DNA from: Promethearchaeia archaeon
GTDB taxonomy: Archaea > Asgardarchaeota > Lokiarchaeia > Sigyniarchaeales > SOKP01
Assembly: GCA_046483985.1 (NCBI GenBank)
Contig: JAWOCD010000075.1
Span: 1 to 64,000 of the forward strand
DNA: 64,000 bases
Direction of reading: 5' to 3'
Shown: positions 41,927 to 52,063 of the stretch, piece by piece
Layout of the letters: each line of letters begins with the position of its first letter
Numbering within the stretch: the stretch's first letter is position 1
The notes under the pieces: model-generated
The model's input: only the letters and a program-made list of their open reading frames with translations
Told to the model about the DNA's origin: nothing
The model's database searches: none
Made by a program: the position numbers and the translations under genes

Positions 41927-43741
41927 TTGCATATGACATCCGAGGAAAATGGAAAAGTAATAAGAGCACCTATTGCGTGCATTTTAGGTCATATAGACCA
42001 TGGCAAAACATCTCTTTTAGATTATATAAGGGGTACTGTGGTTCAAGAGAGAGAAGCAGCGGGCATCACTCAGCATATTGGAGCATCTTATTTTCCAATA
42101 GAAGATATTAAGCGCTTTTTGGAAAAATCTAATCCCGACTTTGCCGATAAGAAATTCGATTTACCAGGTATATTGATAGTAGATACTCCTGGACATGCTG
42201 CTTTTATGAATTTAAGAAAACGCGGAGGTGCTGTGGCAGATATCGCTATATTAGTAATCGATGTTATGGATGGCACTATGCCGATCACATGGGAATCTGT
42301 TCGAATATTAAGAGAAAGAGGGACTCCTTTTATTATTGCTGCAAATAAGATTGACCGAATCTCGGGATGGGAACCGAATAAAGATGCTGATTTTCCATTA
42401 ACATATAAGAAACAAAGGGATTTTGTAAAGGAATATTTAGAAGAAAAACTTTACAAGATCATAGGGGACTTTTATGAAGAGGGTTTTAAAGGCATTGATA
42501 GGTATGATAAAATTAAGGACTTCACTAAAAAGATCGCTATAGTTCCTACGAGTGCAAAGACTGGAGAGGGAATATCTACTTTATTAATGGTCTTACTTGG
42601 TCTGACCCAGCAATATCTTACAAAAAATTTGCAATTTTCTGAGGGCGCTGCAGAAGGGGTAGTCTTAGAGGTAAAAAAAGAGAGAGGCTATGGAAAAACG
42701 ATGGATGTTCTTATCTATAATGGAATTGTCCACCAAGGAGATGATTTTATTGTGGGCGGTTTGTCCCAGCCGATTAAATCACGGGTTCGGGCATTACTCG
42801 CTCCAAAGGCTTTGGATGAGATAAGGGATCCAAGAAAAAAATTTGAATCAAAAGAAATGATAAGCGCTGCAGCGGGGATTAAGATTTTAGCCCCAGATAT
42901 TGACGATGTAGTTGCCGGTTCTCCTTTTAAGGTAATCTCAGACCCAGAAGAGGAACGGAATGTTTATGATCAAATTGAAGAAGAAATAGAAAAAATTAAG
43001 ATCAAAACCAAAAAAGAAGGAGTAGTACTGAAAGCGGATACTTTAGGCTCTTTAGAAGCGTTAGAAAACCATTTTAGCCGAAATAATGTTTCCATCAGTA
43101 TTGCGGATGTGGGACCCATTAAGAAAGAGGATATTATTAATGCATCGATCGTTCGGAAATATGACCCGTTCTCCGCAGTTGTATTGGGTTTTAATGTCCC
43201 TATTTTGCCCGAAGCAGAAGAGCACGCCCGAGAATACAATATTAGAATATTTACTAATAATGTAATATATCGGTTGCTCGAAGATTATATTGAATATTCA
43301 GAACGAAGAAGAGCTGAAGAAACAGCGAAAAAATTAAGCGAACTGATTTTACCCGCAAAGCTCAAAATCTTCCCGGAATATATTTTCCGCAAATCTAACC
43401 CTGCTGTATTTGGTATAAGTGTTGAAGCTGGAACATTAGTTCCAAAAGACCCCTTGATAACCGATGATGGCAAAAAAGTAAAGAGGGTTCATGAGATTCA
43501 AGACAGAGGCCAAAACTTGGATAAGGCTGAAAAGGGAGATGATGTTGCGATATCGATGAGAGGGACAGAGATAGGAAGGGATATAGAGACCGATGATATA
43601 CTTTATGTAAGAGTTCCTGAATCGCACGTGAGACAGTTGTATCATAAGTTCTTAAATGAATTAACCTCGGATCAAAAAGAAGCATTAAAAGAATACACAA
43701 TGCTTATGAGAGAGATACGCCACCCATGGTGGGGCGTTTAA
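41927..43741 (+). CDS. infB: Translation initiation factor aIF5B (IF-2)
   Basis: GHIDHGKT, EAAGITQHIGA, DTPGH, NKID, KADTLGSLEAL; the start may be the ATG at 41933. Confidence 0.98.
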   Translation: MHMTSEENGKVIRAPIACILGHIDHGKTSLLDYIRGTVVQEREAAGITQHIGASYFPIEDIKRFLEKSNPDFADKKFDLPGILIVDTPGHAAFMNLRKRGGAVADIAILVIDVMDGTMPITWESVRILRERGTPFIIAANKIDRISGWEPNKDADFPLTYKKQRDFVKEYLEEKLYKIIGDFYEEGFKGIDRYDKIKDFTKKIAIVPTSAKTGEGISTLLMVLLGLTQQYLTKNLQFSEGAAEGVVLEVKKERGYGKTMDVLIYNGIVHQGDDFIVGGLSQPIKSRVRALLAPKALDEIRDPRKKFESKEMISAAAGIKILAPDIDDVVAGSPFKVISDPEEERNVYDQIEEEIEKIKIKTKKEGVVLKADTLGSLEALENHFSRNNVSISIADVGPIKKEDIINASIVRKYDPFSAVVLGFNVPILPEAEEHAREYNIRIFTNNVIYRLLEDYIEYSERRRAEETAKKLSELILPAKLKIFPEYIFRKSNPAVFGISVEAGTLVPKDPLITDDGKKVKRVHEIQDRGQNLDKAEKGDDVAISMRGTEIGRDIETDDILYVRVPESHVRQLYHKFLNELTSDQKEALKEYTMLMREIRHPWWGV

Positions 43742-43839
43742 TCTTATTTTTTTCTAAAATAAGACAAGTATCAGATATTTTAACCATAAAGCATTTTAAT
43801 TATTTATATTAATCTGCAATTTTAGAGCTTTGTTAATTC

Positions 43840-45300
43840 ATGAAAGACGTTGACAATATCTTCCGTAAAGTCCTAAAAAGAATTCGCCCTACTGAAAACG
43901 AGCTTAATTTAATAAATCGAATAGTTGAAGAGGTTAAAACGCTTCTCTCGGAAAAAGCAAGAGAATTAGATATAGTATATAAAAGTATCCAACCCCAAGG
44001 ATCAACTGGCATAAAACAAACCCAATTAAGAAATGATTTTGATATAGATCTTTTTATTGGTCTGGATTATGAACTCTATAACCAAGAAATTGAAGGTCTA
44101 AGTAAAAATAAACGAAAGGAGCAATTTAAATCTCTTTTTAAACAGTTTTGCAATAAGTGGATTATTCCAGCAATTTCTATTGACAAAATTAAAGATCCTC
44201 GGTTATTTTATGCTGAACATCCTTATGTAAAGGCAAAATATGAAGATCCAAGACAAAGTCAACAATATTTAGAATTAGATATAGTTCTTTATTTCGAGTT
44301 AGAGAAAGAATATATTAAAAAGAATGGACCCATTACCGCAGTAGATAGAACTCCATGGCATGGCAAATTTGTGAAGAATAATCTGACTGAAAGACAAAAA
44401 GATCATGTGAGACTTTTAAAGCAGTTCTTTAAAGCATGTCATAGCTATGGCGATAAAAGTGCGGTGGGAAGAGTGGGATTCATCGGATATAGTGCTGAAT
44501 TATTGATATATCATTATGGAGATATTCTCAATGTGTTTCAGCATTTTAAGGAACTTAAAATAAATCCTTTAGACAATTTTGAGAGGGATCCCTCGAAACT
44601 TAAAAATATTAAACGATTTCAAAATGACTACCTCATTATTATTGATCCTGTGGATAACCAGAGAAATGTAGCATCAGCCATCTCACCGAGAGCCTATAAA
44701 TATTGCAACCAACAAATTTTGGAATTTCTTCAAGCTCCTAATGAATCATATTTTCGAATTGAATCGATTCCTCCAATAGGTAAAGATAAAGATAAGACAG
44801 AGCAGTTATTCATAACTGAACTTGAAAATACAGATATGGAATATCACTACACCGAAAATCGGGATAAATTATATTCTCTGGGATCTTATATCAAAAATAT
44901 CGGAGAAAGAGAATTTACCCATGAAAAACGGTTTGGGACCATTATTTATGAACTTTATTTTGAATTAGAAAAAAAAAGATACTGCTTGGCATTCTATTGT
45001 GAGGATCCTTCAATTTCCCAAACCTATATTCGAAAGGGCCCCCCCAAGAAGAAAAAGCACCATGTAAAGAAATTTAAACAGAAAAATCCTAAAACATTTG
45101 AAAAAAATGGCTTTGTATGGACTGAAACTAAAAGAGAATACACTCTATTTAAAAATTTCTTGAATGACTATATTCCGAAAAAGTTACCTAACAATTTTAG
45201 AATAAAGAATATTTCTGGTGCTTCTCAGACTCAGAGTACTACTGGGAAAAAAACCCTTTATGTTTTAAAAAATATGATATTACCCTTTTTCTTGGACTAG
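43840..45300 (+). CDS. cca: CCA-adding enzyme (class I)
   Basis: QGS...T.L..DFDIDLF, YAEHPYV, AVDRTPWH, GF.GY..ELLI..YG, DPVD..RNVA. Confidence 0.93.
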   Translation: MKDVDNIFRKVLKRIRPTENELNLINRIVEEVKTLLSEKARELDIVYKSIQPQGSTGIKQTQLRNDFDIDLFIGLDYELYNQEIEGLSKNKRKEQFKSLFKQFCNKWIIPAISIDKIKDPRLFYAEHPYVKAKYEDPRQSQQYLELDIVLYFELEKEYIKKNGPITAVDRTPWHGKFVKNNLTERQKDHVRLLKQFFKACHSYGDKSAVGRVGFIGYSAELLIYHYGDILNVFQHFKELKINPLDNFERDPSKLKNIKRFQNDYLIIIDPVDNQRNVASAISPRAYKYCNQQILEFLQAPNESYFRIESIPPIGKDKDKTEQLFITELENTDMEYHYTENRDKLYSLGSYIKNIGEREFTHEKRFGTIIYELYFELEKKRYCLAFYCEDPSISQTYIRKGPPKKKKHHVKKFKQKNPKTFEKNGFVWTETKREYTLFKNFLNDYIPKKLPNNFRIKNISGASQTQSTTGKKTLYVLKNMILPFFLD

Positions 45301-45375
45301 TACAGAAAGAAAATTAGCAAAATCTAAAAAAAATTAAAAGTAAACCCCTATATCAAAAACTAAATATAACTTATA

Positions 45376-47478
45376 ATGAAAATGAACAGATTATTTAAAA
45401 TGCTCTTTAGCAATAAGATCTCCGAAGAAAAGCTGCAAACCCTCCCTTTTATGGATGAAAGATTAGATATTGAAGAGAGAGTAAACGATTTTTTAGAGAG
45501 GCTAACATTGGAAGAGAAAATATCATTACTCTCTGGAAAATGGATTTTTTTTTCCGATAGAATTAAAAGGCTCCGTATGCCTTATTTTAAAACAACTGAT
45601 GGTCCACACGGCGTTGGAAGCGGTGTCTTCTACCTAAAAAAAATGACGTATTTCCCCGTTGCAATCTGCCGAGCTGCTACTTGGAATCCGGATCTCTCCC
45701 AACAATTCGGGGTGGCATTAGCACAAGAGACTCGGGCTACTGGAAGACATCTAATATTAGCTCCCGGTATTAATATCATTCGAACCCCGCTTTGTGGTCG
45801 GAATTTTGAATATCAGACGGAGGATCCTTTTTTAAATAAAAAGTTAGCGGTTGAGGTGGTTAAAGGCATTCAAAGTCAAAAGATCGGCGCTTGTGTAAAA
45901 CATTTTGCAGCAAATAACCAAGAATACAAGCGATTTGAAATAAGTTGCGAAGTAAGTGAACGGGCACTAGAAGAGATTTATTTCCCCGCTTTCGAAGCCA
46001 CCGTACGAGAGGTCGATGTGTGGTCCTTTATGGCATGTTATAACCGATTAAATGGGACTTTTGGATGCGAACATGTTGAACTTTTAAGGGAGAAATTGAT
46101 GAAGCAATGGGGATTTAGCGGATTTGTTGTGTCTGATTGGTTTGCTACACGGGATACTAACACTGTTGAATGTTTAAAAGCTGGACTTAGTTTAGAAATG
46201 CCAAAAGCAATCTGCTACAAGGAAAAAAAGGTGAAGAATGCCCTATCAGAAGGTAAGGTTTCGGAGGATACATTTGAAGATAATTTGCGGAGACTCCTTA
46301 GAGTGATGTTCCGTGTGGGATTATTTGACAGTCCATCCTCTGTTCCCGAAGGAAGTCGCAATACTGAAGAGCACCAAAAAGTTGCACGAAAGATCGCAGA
46401 AGAAGGGATAATTCTATTAAAGAACCAGGACGACCTTCTTCCTTTGGATATTAATGCTGTGAATTTAATTGCCATTTTGGGTCCTAATGCGGATAAGAAA
46501 ATGGCATTTGGGGGAGGAAGTTCTATGGTCAGAGCAAAATATGAAGTGACCCCGGAAGAAGGACTTAAGAGTAAGTGCGAAGGAATGGTAAATACTACTA
46601 CAAAAGTGAATGATGTCGATGCTGCGATCATTTTTGCTGGCCTAAATCATAAAAAACATAATGATCGGGAAAATAAGGATAGACTTAGATTAGACCTTCC
46701 AAAAGAGCAAGTAAAGCTCATCAAAAGAACAGTTAAGAAAGTTCCGAAAACTATTGTGGTGCTCATTAATGGAGGTCCCATCTCTATGGACGATTGGCTT
46801 GCCGATGTGCCCGCAGTTATCGAAGCATGGTATGCTGGGATGGAAGCAGGAAATGTGATTGCAGATGTGATCTTTGGAGATGTAAATCCTTCTGGTAAAT
46901 TATCGGTAACTTTTCCGAAAAAATTGGCTGACAGTCCGGCCCACATTCATCCTTGGACTTATCCTGGTATAAGGAATGTGTACCAGAACGGAGATATTGA
47001 CCTAGAAGCAGATGATTTCCGAGTATATTATAATGAGGGTATATTTGTTGGGTATCGTTATTTTGATACTTTCAATGTGGAGCCGATTTTCCCTTTTGGG
47101 TATGGTCTTTCTTATACTACCTTTAACTTCTCTAATCTTTCCCTAAATAAAGAAAAACTGATGGAAGGAGAGGACTTTAATGTGAAAATAGAATTAGAAA
47201 ATACGGGAAAACGAACAGGTGCTGAAGTTGTCCAAGTTTATATAAAAGATAAAGAATCCAGCGTAAAGCGCCCTGAAAAAGAATTATGTGGATTCAAAAA
47301 AGTCTTTCTTACACCGGGAGAGAAACAATCTGTGGAGATTTCTATCGATTCTGAAGCATTAGCATTTTATGATGAGGGGGAACATCAATGGAAAGTAGAA
47401 AAAGGGAAATTTCTTATTTTAGTGGGAAATTCCTCCCGACATATTAAATTATCACAAGAACTCGAATATATTGGATAA
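45376..47478 (+). CDS. GH3 beta-glucosidase
   Basis: DGPHG, RTPLCGRNFEY, KHFAANNQE, GFVVSDW nucleophile, C-terminal Fn3-like domain. Confidence 0.96.
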   Translation: MKMNRLFKMLFSNKISEEKLQTLPFMDERLDIEERVNDFLERLTLEEKISLLSGKWIFFSDRIKRLRMPYFKTTDGPHGVGSGVFYLKKMTYFPVAICRAATWNPDLSQQFGVALAQETRATGRHLILAPGINIIRTPLCGRNFEYQTEDPFLNKKLAVEVVKGIQSQKIGACVKHFAANNQEYKRFEISCEVSERALEEIYFPAFEATVREVDVWSFMACYNRLNGTFGCEHVELLREKLMKQWGFSGFVVSDWFATRDTNTVECLKAGLSLEMPKAICYKEKKVKNALSEGKVSEDTFEDNLRRLLRVMFRVGLFDSPSSVPEGSRNTEEHQKVARKIAEEGIILLKNQDDLLPLDINAVNLIAILGPNADKKMAFGGGSSMVRAKYEVTPEEGLKSKCEGMVNTTTKVNDVDAAIIFAGLNHKKHNDRENKDRLRLDLPKEQVKLIKRTVKKVPKTIVVLINGGPISMDDWLADVPAVIEAWYAGMEAGNVIADVIFGDVNPSGKLSVTFPKKLADSPAHIHPWTYPGIRNVYQNGDIDLEADDFRVYYNEGIFVGYRYFDTFNVEPIFPFGYGLSYTTFNFSNLSLNKEKLMEGEDFNVKIELENTGKRTGAEVVQVYIKDKESSVKRPEKELCGFKKVFLTPGEKQSVEISIDSEALAFYDEGEHQWKVEKGKFLILVGNSSRHIKLSQELEYIG

Positions 47479-47945
47479 AAAATATCATTTTTTTAACTTT
47501 TCTTTCTTCTTTGACTAAGTGTTATATTTTTTGTAAGGAGATAAAAATAAAATCACCTCTTTTCCTTCGTTCTCTAAAAAGGTAAACACGGCTATTTGCA
47601 CCATTTTTATAACAAGAAGTTTAAGGAACTCTCTGAATCTGGGAATAATCTCCTTAAGAAGGAGATTCTACTGGGTCAGTTGGAGACACAATTTTCGGGC
47701 GAAGATCGAATGGTTTTAAGAAGAAGTTAGAGTTTGATCATACAAAAAATATAACAATAGTCTCTTCTTTATTGAGATTTGGAAAACCCCTGATAAACAT
47801 AATAGAATATATTTTTCTTCTTAAGATTCTAATATAATGGGGATTTCTCGCCTATATTCGTAAAATTTTTATGATTTCCTATATTTTGATATATACTAAA
47901 GTATATTTTATATTCATGGAAAACACATTAAAGTGAAAATTTCAA

Positions 47946-50225
47946 ATGGTTAAGGTAAAAAATCCACAAGAAATCGCCGAAATGGTTACTGCTGGGTCAT
48001 ATAAGAAAAAACGTCTGTTTTCGATCGTTGCGCATATTGATTGCTGAATGAATGTCTCATTTAGCCAATAACATGGCAAAACGACGGCAACGGACTATTT
48101 AATGCGAAGAGCAGGGCTTATGCGTCCCGAAGATGCGGGAGAGCTCCAAATGACAGACTCAGATGAAGAAGAACAAGCAAGAGGGATTACGATCTTTACT
48201 TCCGTGGTGTTACTTGCGTTTAATGATCCACGGGAAGAAGAAGGGGTAGAACCTTATATTTTCCAAATAAACGATACACCGGGTCACATCTCATTTACTG
48301 GGGAAGTTTCCAGAGCACTTAGAAGCAGTGATGGAGCGTTGATCTTAGTTGACGCTCTTGAAGGAGTGATGACCCAAACAGAGACGAATATTAATCTTGC
48401 TGTTGGAGAGGAATTATGTAAACCTGTTTTATTTATTAATAAAGTTGATAGGTTAATCTCTGAAATCAAACTTTCACCTCAAGAAACATATGATAAAATT
48501 GATGAAATAACAAAACAAGTTAATGAATTGATTAGAAAAGTCAGACCTGAATGGTCAGATTGGGGAGTCGAATTTGCAGAAAATTCCGTTGCCATCGGTT
48601 CTGCAAAAGATGGATGGGGCTTCACTTATGAAATCCTAAAAGAGAACGATTATACACCTGTGAAAGTTTTTGAAAAATATGAGGAAGGAGATATCCAATG
48701 GTTAAGAGAAAATCTCCCGTTGGATGAACCGATGTTGAGAATGGTAGTTGATCATTTACCAGATCCAGTTACAGCCTCGAAATACAGGATACCTGAAATT
48801 TGGCAAGGGGATTTAGATTCTGAACTAGGGCAAGCATTACAGAAAAGTGATCCAAACGGGCCATTATATGGGATTATTTCCAAAATTTTCTTAGATCCTG
48901 CACAAAATTACCGAGCAACCTTAATAGGAAGGATATTTTCGGGTACAATGGACGAATCGGACACTTTATATCTGCTGAACAGTCGAAAGAAAAGTAGAAT
49001 AAAACGGTTAGGCGTAATGGAAATAACAGATATTTTAAATATCAAAGAAATACCAGCAGGGAATATTTTTGCAATGTATGGTCCGATGTGTCCATCCGGG
49101 GAAACTTTTGTGGATAACGTTGGGCTTGCTAAGGACAAAGATAATATTGATGAGATTCCTTCCTTTGAAAATATTAATTATGCGTGCAAAGCAGTAGTTT
49201 CTCGAAGCATTAAACCCAAAAATCCGCATGATATCGCAAAGTTAGGACAAGTGGTAAAGAAATGGTTAATGGCGGATCCAACCGCAGAGTTTACGATGGA
49301 CAAGGATTCTAAGGAGTTTATCCTTTCTGGAATTGATCCTCTGCAGATTGATATCCTTACCAAACGAATTAACAACCAAGTGGAGATCAATATCGGAGAG
49401 CCTATTATTGTATACAGAGAACGAATTACAAACAAAAGTGCCACGTTTCATACTAAATCTTCAAACGGTCATAACAGAATTCAACTGTATATTGAACCCT
49501 TAGATGAAAAGACTCTTGACCTTCTGGAGTCGGGAAAAATTACCGACTTAATGAACGAAGATGAAAGAGCCGAATTATTGAGAGACGTTGGATGGGACAA
49601 AAAAGAAGCAAAGAGAGTGGTAGATGTCTACAAGGGTAATCTCTTAGTAAACGCCACGAAGGGGTTACAAAGATTTGACCGAGTGAAAAGCTACTTATCT
49701 GGCGCTTTCCGTGATTGGTGTGAAAATTGTATTTTAGCGAAAGAACCTGCTTTAGGACTGCGTTTAGTATTTACGGATTTAACCATTCACGAGGACCCGG
49801 CACACACCGGGTATAATCAAATAGCAAGCATGAGTTATGCTGCTTTTTCCCTTGCAATGATGGATGCAGATCCACATCTTTATGAACCTATCCAGAAAAT
49901 TGATATTAAAACTCCCTCTGGCACAGATCCTGGTGTATTAGCCGTCATAAATAAGCATCGTGGAAGAGTTAATAATGTTGTACCCGATGGAGAATATGTC
50001 CGAATCAGCGGACAATTACCCGCCTCGGAAACCGTTGGTATTGCCGATGAAATTCGAGGATCTACTCAAGGACGTGCCTTTTTTGGATATGAATTTCTCG
50101 GATTTGAACGCGTTCCAGCCTCAATAGAGCCAGACTTGATCCTAGAAATTCGCAAGCGAAAAGGTCTTAAAGTCGAGCTTCCTGATGTTTCCTCATGGCA
50201 CCGATTTCTCTATAGAAAAACATAA
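47946..50225 (+). CDS. fusA: Elongation factor 2 family GTPase, intron-split: join(47946..48041,48072..50225), 749 aa
   Basis: Exon 1 MVKVKNPQEIAEMVTAGSYKKKRLFSIVAHID; exon 2 HGKTTATDYL...RGITI...DTPGH...NKVD; EF-2 domains IV/V; whether it is the main EF-2 or the Asgard paralogue is unresolved. Confidence 0.93.
48042..48071 (+). other. Predicted 30-nt bulge-helix-bulge (BHB) mRNA intron
   Basis: TGCTGAATGAATGTCTCATTTAGCCAATAA with in-frame TGA and TAA; 4-bp helix AUUG/CAAU, 3-nt bulges AUU and AAC, 9-bp inner stem; cutting after the 2nd nt of each bulge restores GAT-CAT. Confidence 0.9.
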
Positions 50226-50332
50226 ACAATTTTTATTAACTTCTTTTTCAGAAATTGTTTGTAAAATTTTTCGTTTATTTTTTTCTTTTTGTTTATTATC
50301 CATATTTTGCCTACTAAAGAAAAAGAGTAACA

Positions 50333-51043
50333 TCACAACCCTAAGACTTGTTTTAATTCCCTTGTATTCTTCAAAACTAAATCTGGATTATATTCTCTTA
50401 TTTTTTCTTCAGAAGCTAATCCTGAGCTCATACATATAATTTTAACATCAGCAGATTTCCCGGCTTGAATATCTGTAACCATATCGCCAATAAAAATTGC
50501 TTTAGAAGGGACAATTTCCCATTTTTTGAGGATTAGCTGAATTCCCTCGGGACTTGGTTTAACCTCACTTACTTCATTAAAACCGATAATTAAGTTAAAA
50601 TATTTTTTTAAATCATATTTTTCAAGAACTTCTTCTGCATGGGTATTTTTGTTATTCGTTAAAACAGCCAACCTTATCCCATCATCAGCTAATGATGAAA
50701 TAATATTATCAATCTCTGGATATAACGTGGCATCTTCTTTATATTCATTGAATTGGTTAAATAAATAAATCCCAACGCGCAATTTTTTGAAATAACTTAA
50801 CCCTTCTAAGAATTCTACTTTTAATAGATCATAGGATTTGAGAATTATCTTAGGGACGGGATAATGTTGTAATTCTTCGATTAAATGAGCCACTTCTTGA
50901 AGCACATCTTCAATATCCACATCAATCTGATACTTTTCTACGGTATCCTCAACAGCTTGTTGAATTGCATTAGTAATATTAAATATTACTCCATCCAAAT
51001 CAAAAATAATTCCCGAGTAATTAGTAAGTTCTAGTTTATCCAT
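50333..51043 (-). CDS. HAD-superfamily hydrolase (phosphoglycolate phosphatase-like)
   Basis: IFDLDGV, VLTN, KPSPEG, IGDM.TD..AG. Confidence 0.9.
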   Translation of the reverse strand: MDKLELTNYSGIIFDLDGVIFNITNAIQQAVEDTVEKYQIDVDIEDVLQEVAHLIEELQHYPVPKIILKSYDLLKVEFLEGLSYFKKLRVGIYLFNQFNEYKEDATLYPEIDNIISSLADDGIRLAVLTNNKNTHAEEVLEKYDLKKYFNLIIGFNEVSEVKPSPEGIQLILKKWEIVPSKAIFIGDMVTDIQAGKSADVKIICMSSGLASEEKIREYNPDLVLKNTRELKQVLGL

Positions 51044-51157
51044 ATAAAATCATCTAATAAAAATATAAAATTTCAAATTAATTTTATGATAAATATAAAA
51101 TATAAAGCAAAAATAGGAAACTAATAACAAAATTAATTAATTTGTAACGTCTTCAAA

Positions 51158-52039
51158 GTGATAGGAATGTCTGAAAAGAAAAAACAAAAGAATATAGAAG
51201 AGGCGGAGAATACAGATGATACAGAATTTGATGATTATCAGAATTATATTAGTGAAATGGAGGAATTGGGTTCAGATTTTTCTGATCTTGATGATTTAGA
51301 TCTTGAAGAAATAGAAGAGATGAGAGAAGCGGTTGAAAAAGTTCAAGATGGAGAAATCCCAGATCAACCCAAAGTGAAAAGGGCAGCAGATCCAGAGGTA
51401 AATAGTCTTATAGGGGATAAGGATCATTTATTTGAGGATTTCTCTGATTTAGAAGCAATCGATTTCGACGAACTAAGAGAGATGAAGGAAGCTATTGAAG
51501 TGGTAAAAGAGAAAGATACGGAACAAGTCTCAAAAGATTCCCAAGGATCTGAGCCTGCTTCAGAAAGCATTTCCGAGGAACTCGAAAAACGCATAGAAGA
51601 GGAGTTGGATAATAAGAAAGAGGAAAAAGAAGAGGAGGTCATGACCCCAGAGAACTTTCTTGAGTATCTCAAGAAAAAAAGAGATAAAATCTGGTATCAT
51701 GCTCTTTATTTCTTGGCTTTTGAGGTAAATGACCATACCGCCTCAAAAGAATTATTATATAAGACACTGAAAGAAGATACCAGTAAAAGTGCAATTGATA
51801 CTATTCCCAAGCATCAATTTTTCTTCGGATTGGGCTATATTCTTCGACTTACCTTAAATAAGAAAAAAATTATCCGATATCAGTCTGGAAGTAAGTTTAA
51901 AATTAATATTAATATTGAAACTATCCAAGATATATTAAAACAAGCAGGAGAACCAATTAATCGTCGTCCAAAGATTCCCGAGGATAAAAAGAAGGAAATG
52001 TTTAAGGATTTTTTAAAGGATGATTTTTCAGACATTTAA
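51158..52039 (+). CDS. Hypothetical protein: acidic repeat N-terminus, compact basic/aromatic C-terminal domain
   Basis: 293 aa; duplicated DFSDL..(I/L)D..E..EM.EA.E.V motif. Confidence 0.75.
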   Translation: MIGMSEKKKQKNIEEAENTDDTEFDDYQNYISEMEELGSDFSDLDDLDLEEIEEMREAVEKVQDGEIPDQPKVKRAADPEVNSLIGDKDHLFEDFSDLEAIDFDELREMKEAIEVVKEKDTEQVSKDSQGSEPASESISEELEKRIEEELDNKKEEKEEEVMTPENFLEYLKKKRDKIWYHALYFLAFEVNDHTASKELLYKTLKEDTSKSAIDTIPKHQFFFGLGYILRLTLNKKKIIRYQSGSKFKININIETIQDILKQAGEPINRRPKIPEDKKKEMFKDFLKDDFSDI

Positions 52040-52063
52040 TAGATCATAATTCACTGCACATAT

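Noticed and set aside
47581-47730. Open frame and 9-bp inverted repeat (47647-47667) upstream of EF-2
   Set aside because: No start codon or recognisable homology; a single palindrome is insufficient for a regulatory call.
48042-48071. Selenocysteine/stop read-through, frameshifting or intein as the explanation for the EF-2 interruption
   Set aside because: There is an in-frame TAA as well as the TGA, both exons are in the same frame, and 10 extra residues inside the P-loop would break it; an intein cannot contain stops.
48102-48104. ORF-track start codon for EF-2
   Set aside because: It lies downstream of the G1 motif; the upstream exon supplies the missing conserved N-terminus.
47946-50225. 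EF-2 as a simple pseudogene
   Set aside because: Both exons are otherwise intact, and the insertion boundaries coincide with BHB cut sites, which a random insertion would not be expected to do.
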